Shown piece by piece: positions 35,131-35,247 of a DNA stretch of 35,247 nucleotides. Each line of letters begins with the position of its first letter. Positions within the stretch are counted from its first letter, which is position 1. The notes under the pieces are model-generated. The model did not search any database, was not told the DNA's origin, and saw only the letters and a list, made by a program, of their open reading frames with translations. Made by a program: the position numbers and the translations under genes. Source of the stretch: Phoronis australis (lineage: Eukaryota > Animalia > Phoronida); assembly GCA_002633005.1 (NCBI GenBank), contig NMRA01001007.1, positions 1 to 35,247 of the forward strand. The letters run 5' to 3'.

Positions 35131-35247
35131 CAGGGCTCAACGCTATTAAAATTGCCAGGTCGCATTTTGCGACCTAGCCAAAATCGCAGGTCGCATTTTC
35201 AAAATCCAGCTCGCATTCGTAAATGCCAGGTCGCAAAATTTTCCCGC
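35131..35247 (+). mobile_element. Left end of hAT-like element
   Basis: Starts cagggctc and has four caggtcgca-type subterminal repeats. A similar motif occurs at about 7993 in the other hAT-like element. Confidence 0.55.

Overview
AT-rich (roughly 38-40% GC by eye) eukaryotic genomic DNA, most likely from a bilaterian invertebrate. This is inferred from spliceosomal introns and the transposon repertoire. The only convincing host gene is a + strand ankyrin-repeat gene with three phase-compatible exons (25190-25362, 30165-30366, 34072-34236). It has a candidate promoter and 25-nt first coding exon at about 18340-18603 and continues beyond the last exon identified here. Most of the remainder is nested, decayed transposons, many with boundaries provable from TIRs, TSDs or an empty-site paralog inside the window. 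One nest is four deep: a Gypsy element (short LTR, tRNA-Ser PBS, gag-pro) holds a Helentron-type element with 11 CTCF-like motifs, which holds a hAT-like element, which holds a TTAA-flanked Kolobok derivative. Also present are mariner MITEs, a Ginger-like MITE, a long-TIR foldback element across the assembly gap, a Penelope GIY-YIG fragment with a decayed hammerhead, a solo LTR, a LINE RT scrap, a possible Zisupton relic and a 3-kb P-like element. The most unusual items are two histone-type 3' stem-loops with no histone gene inside the P-like element, and a minisatellite born from an exon end that multiplies a splice donor. I found no intact novel protein-coding system. Most listed short ORFs are spurious or transposon debris.
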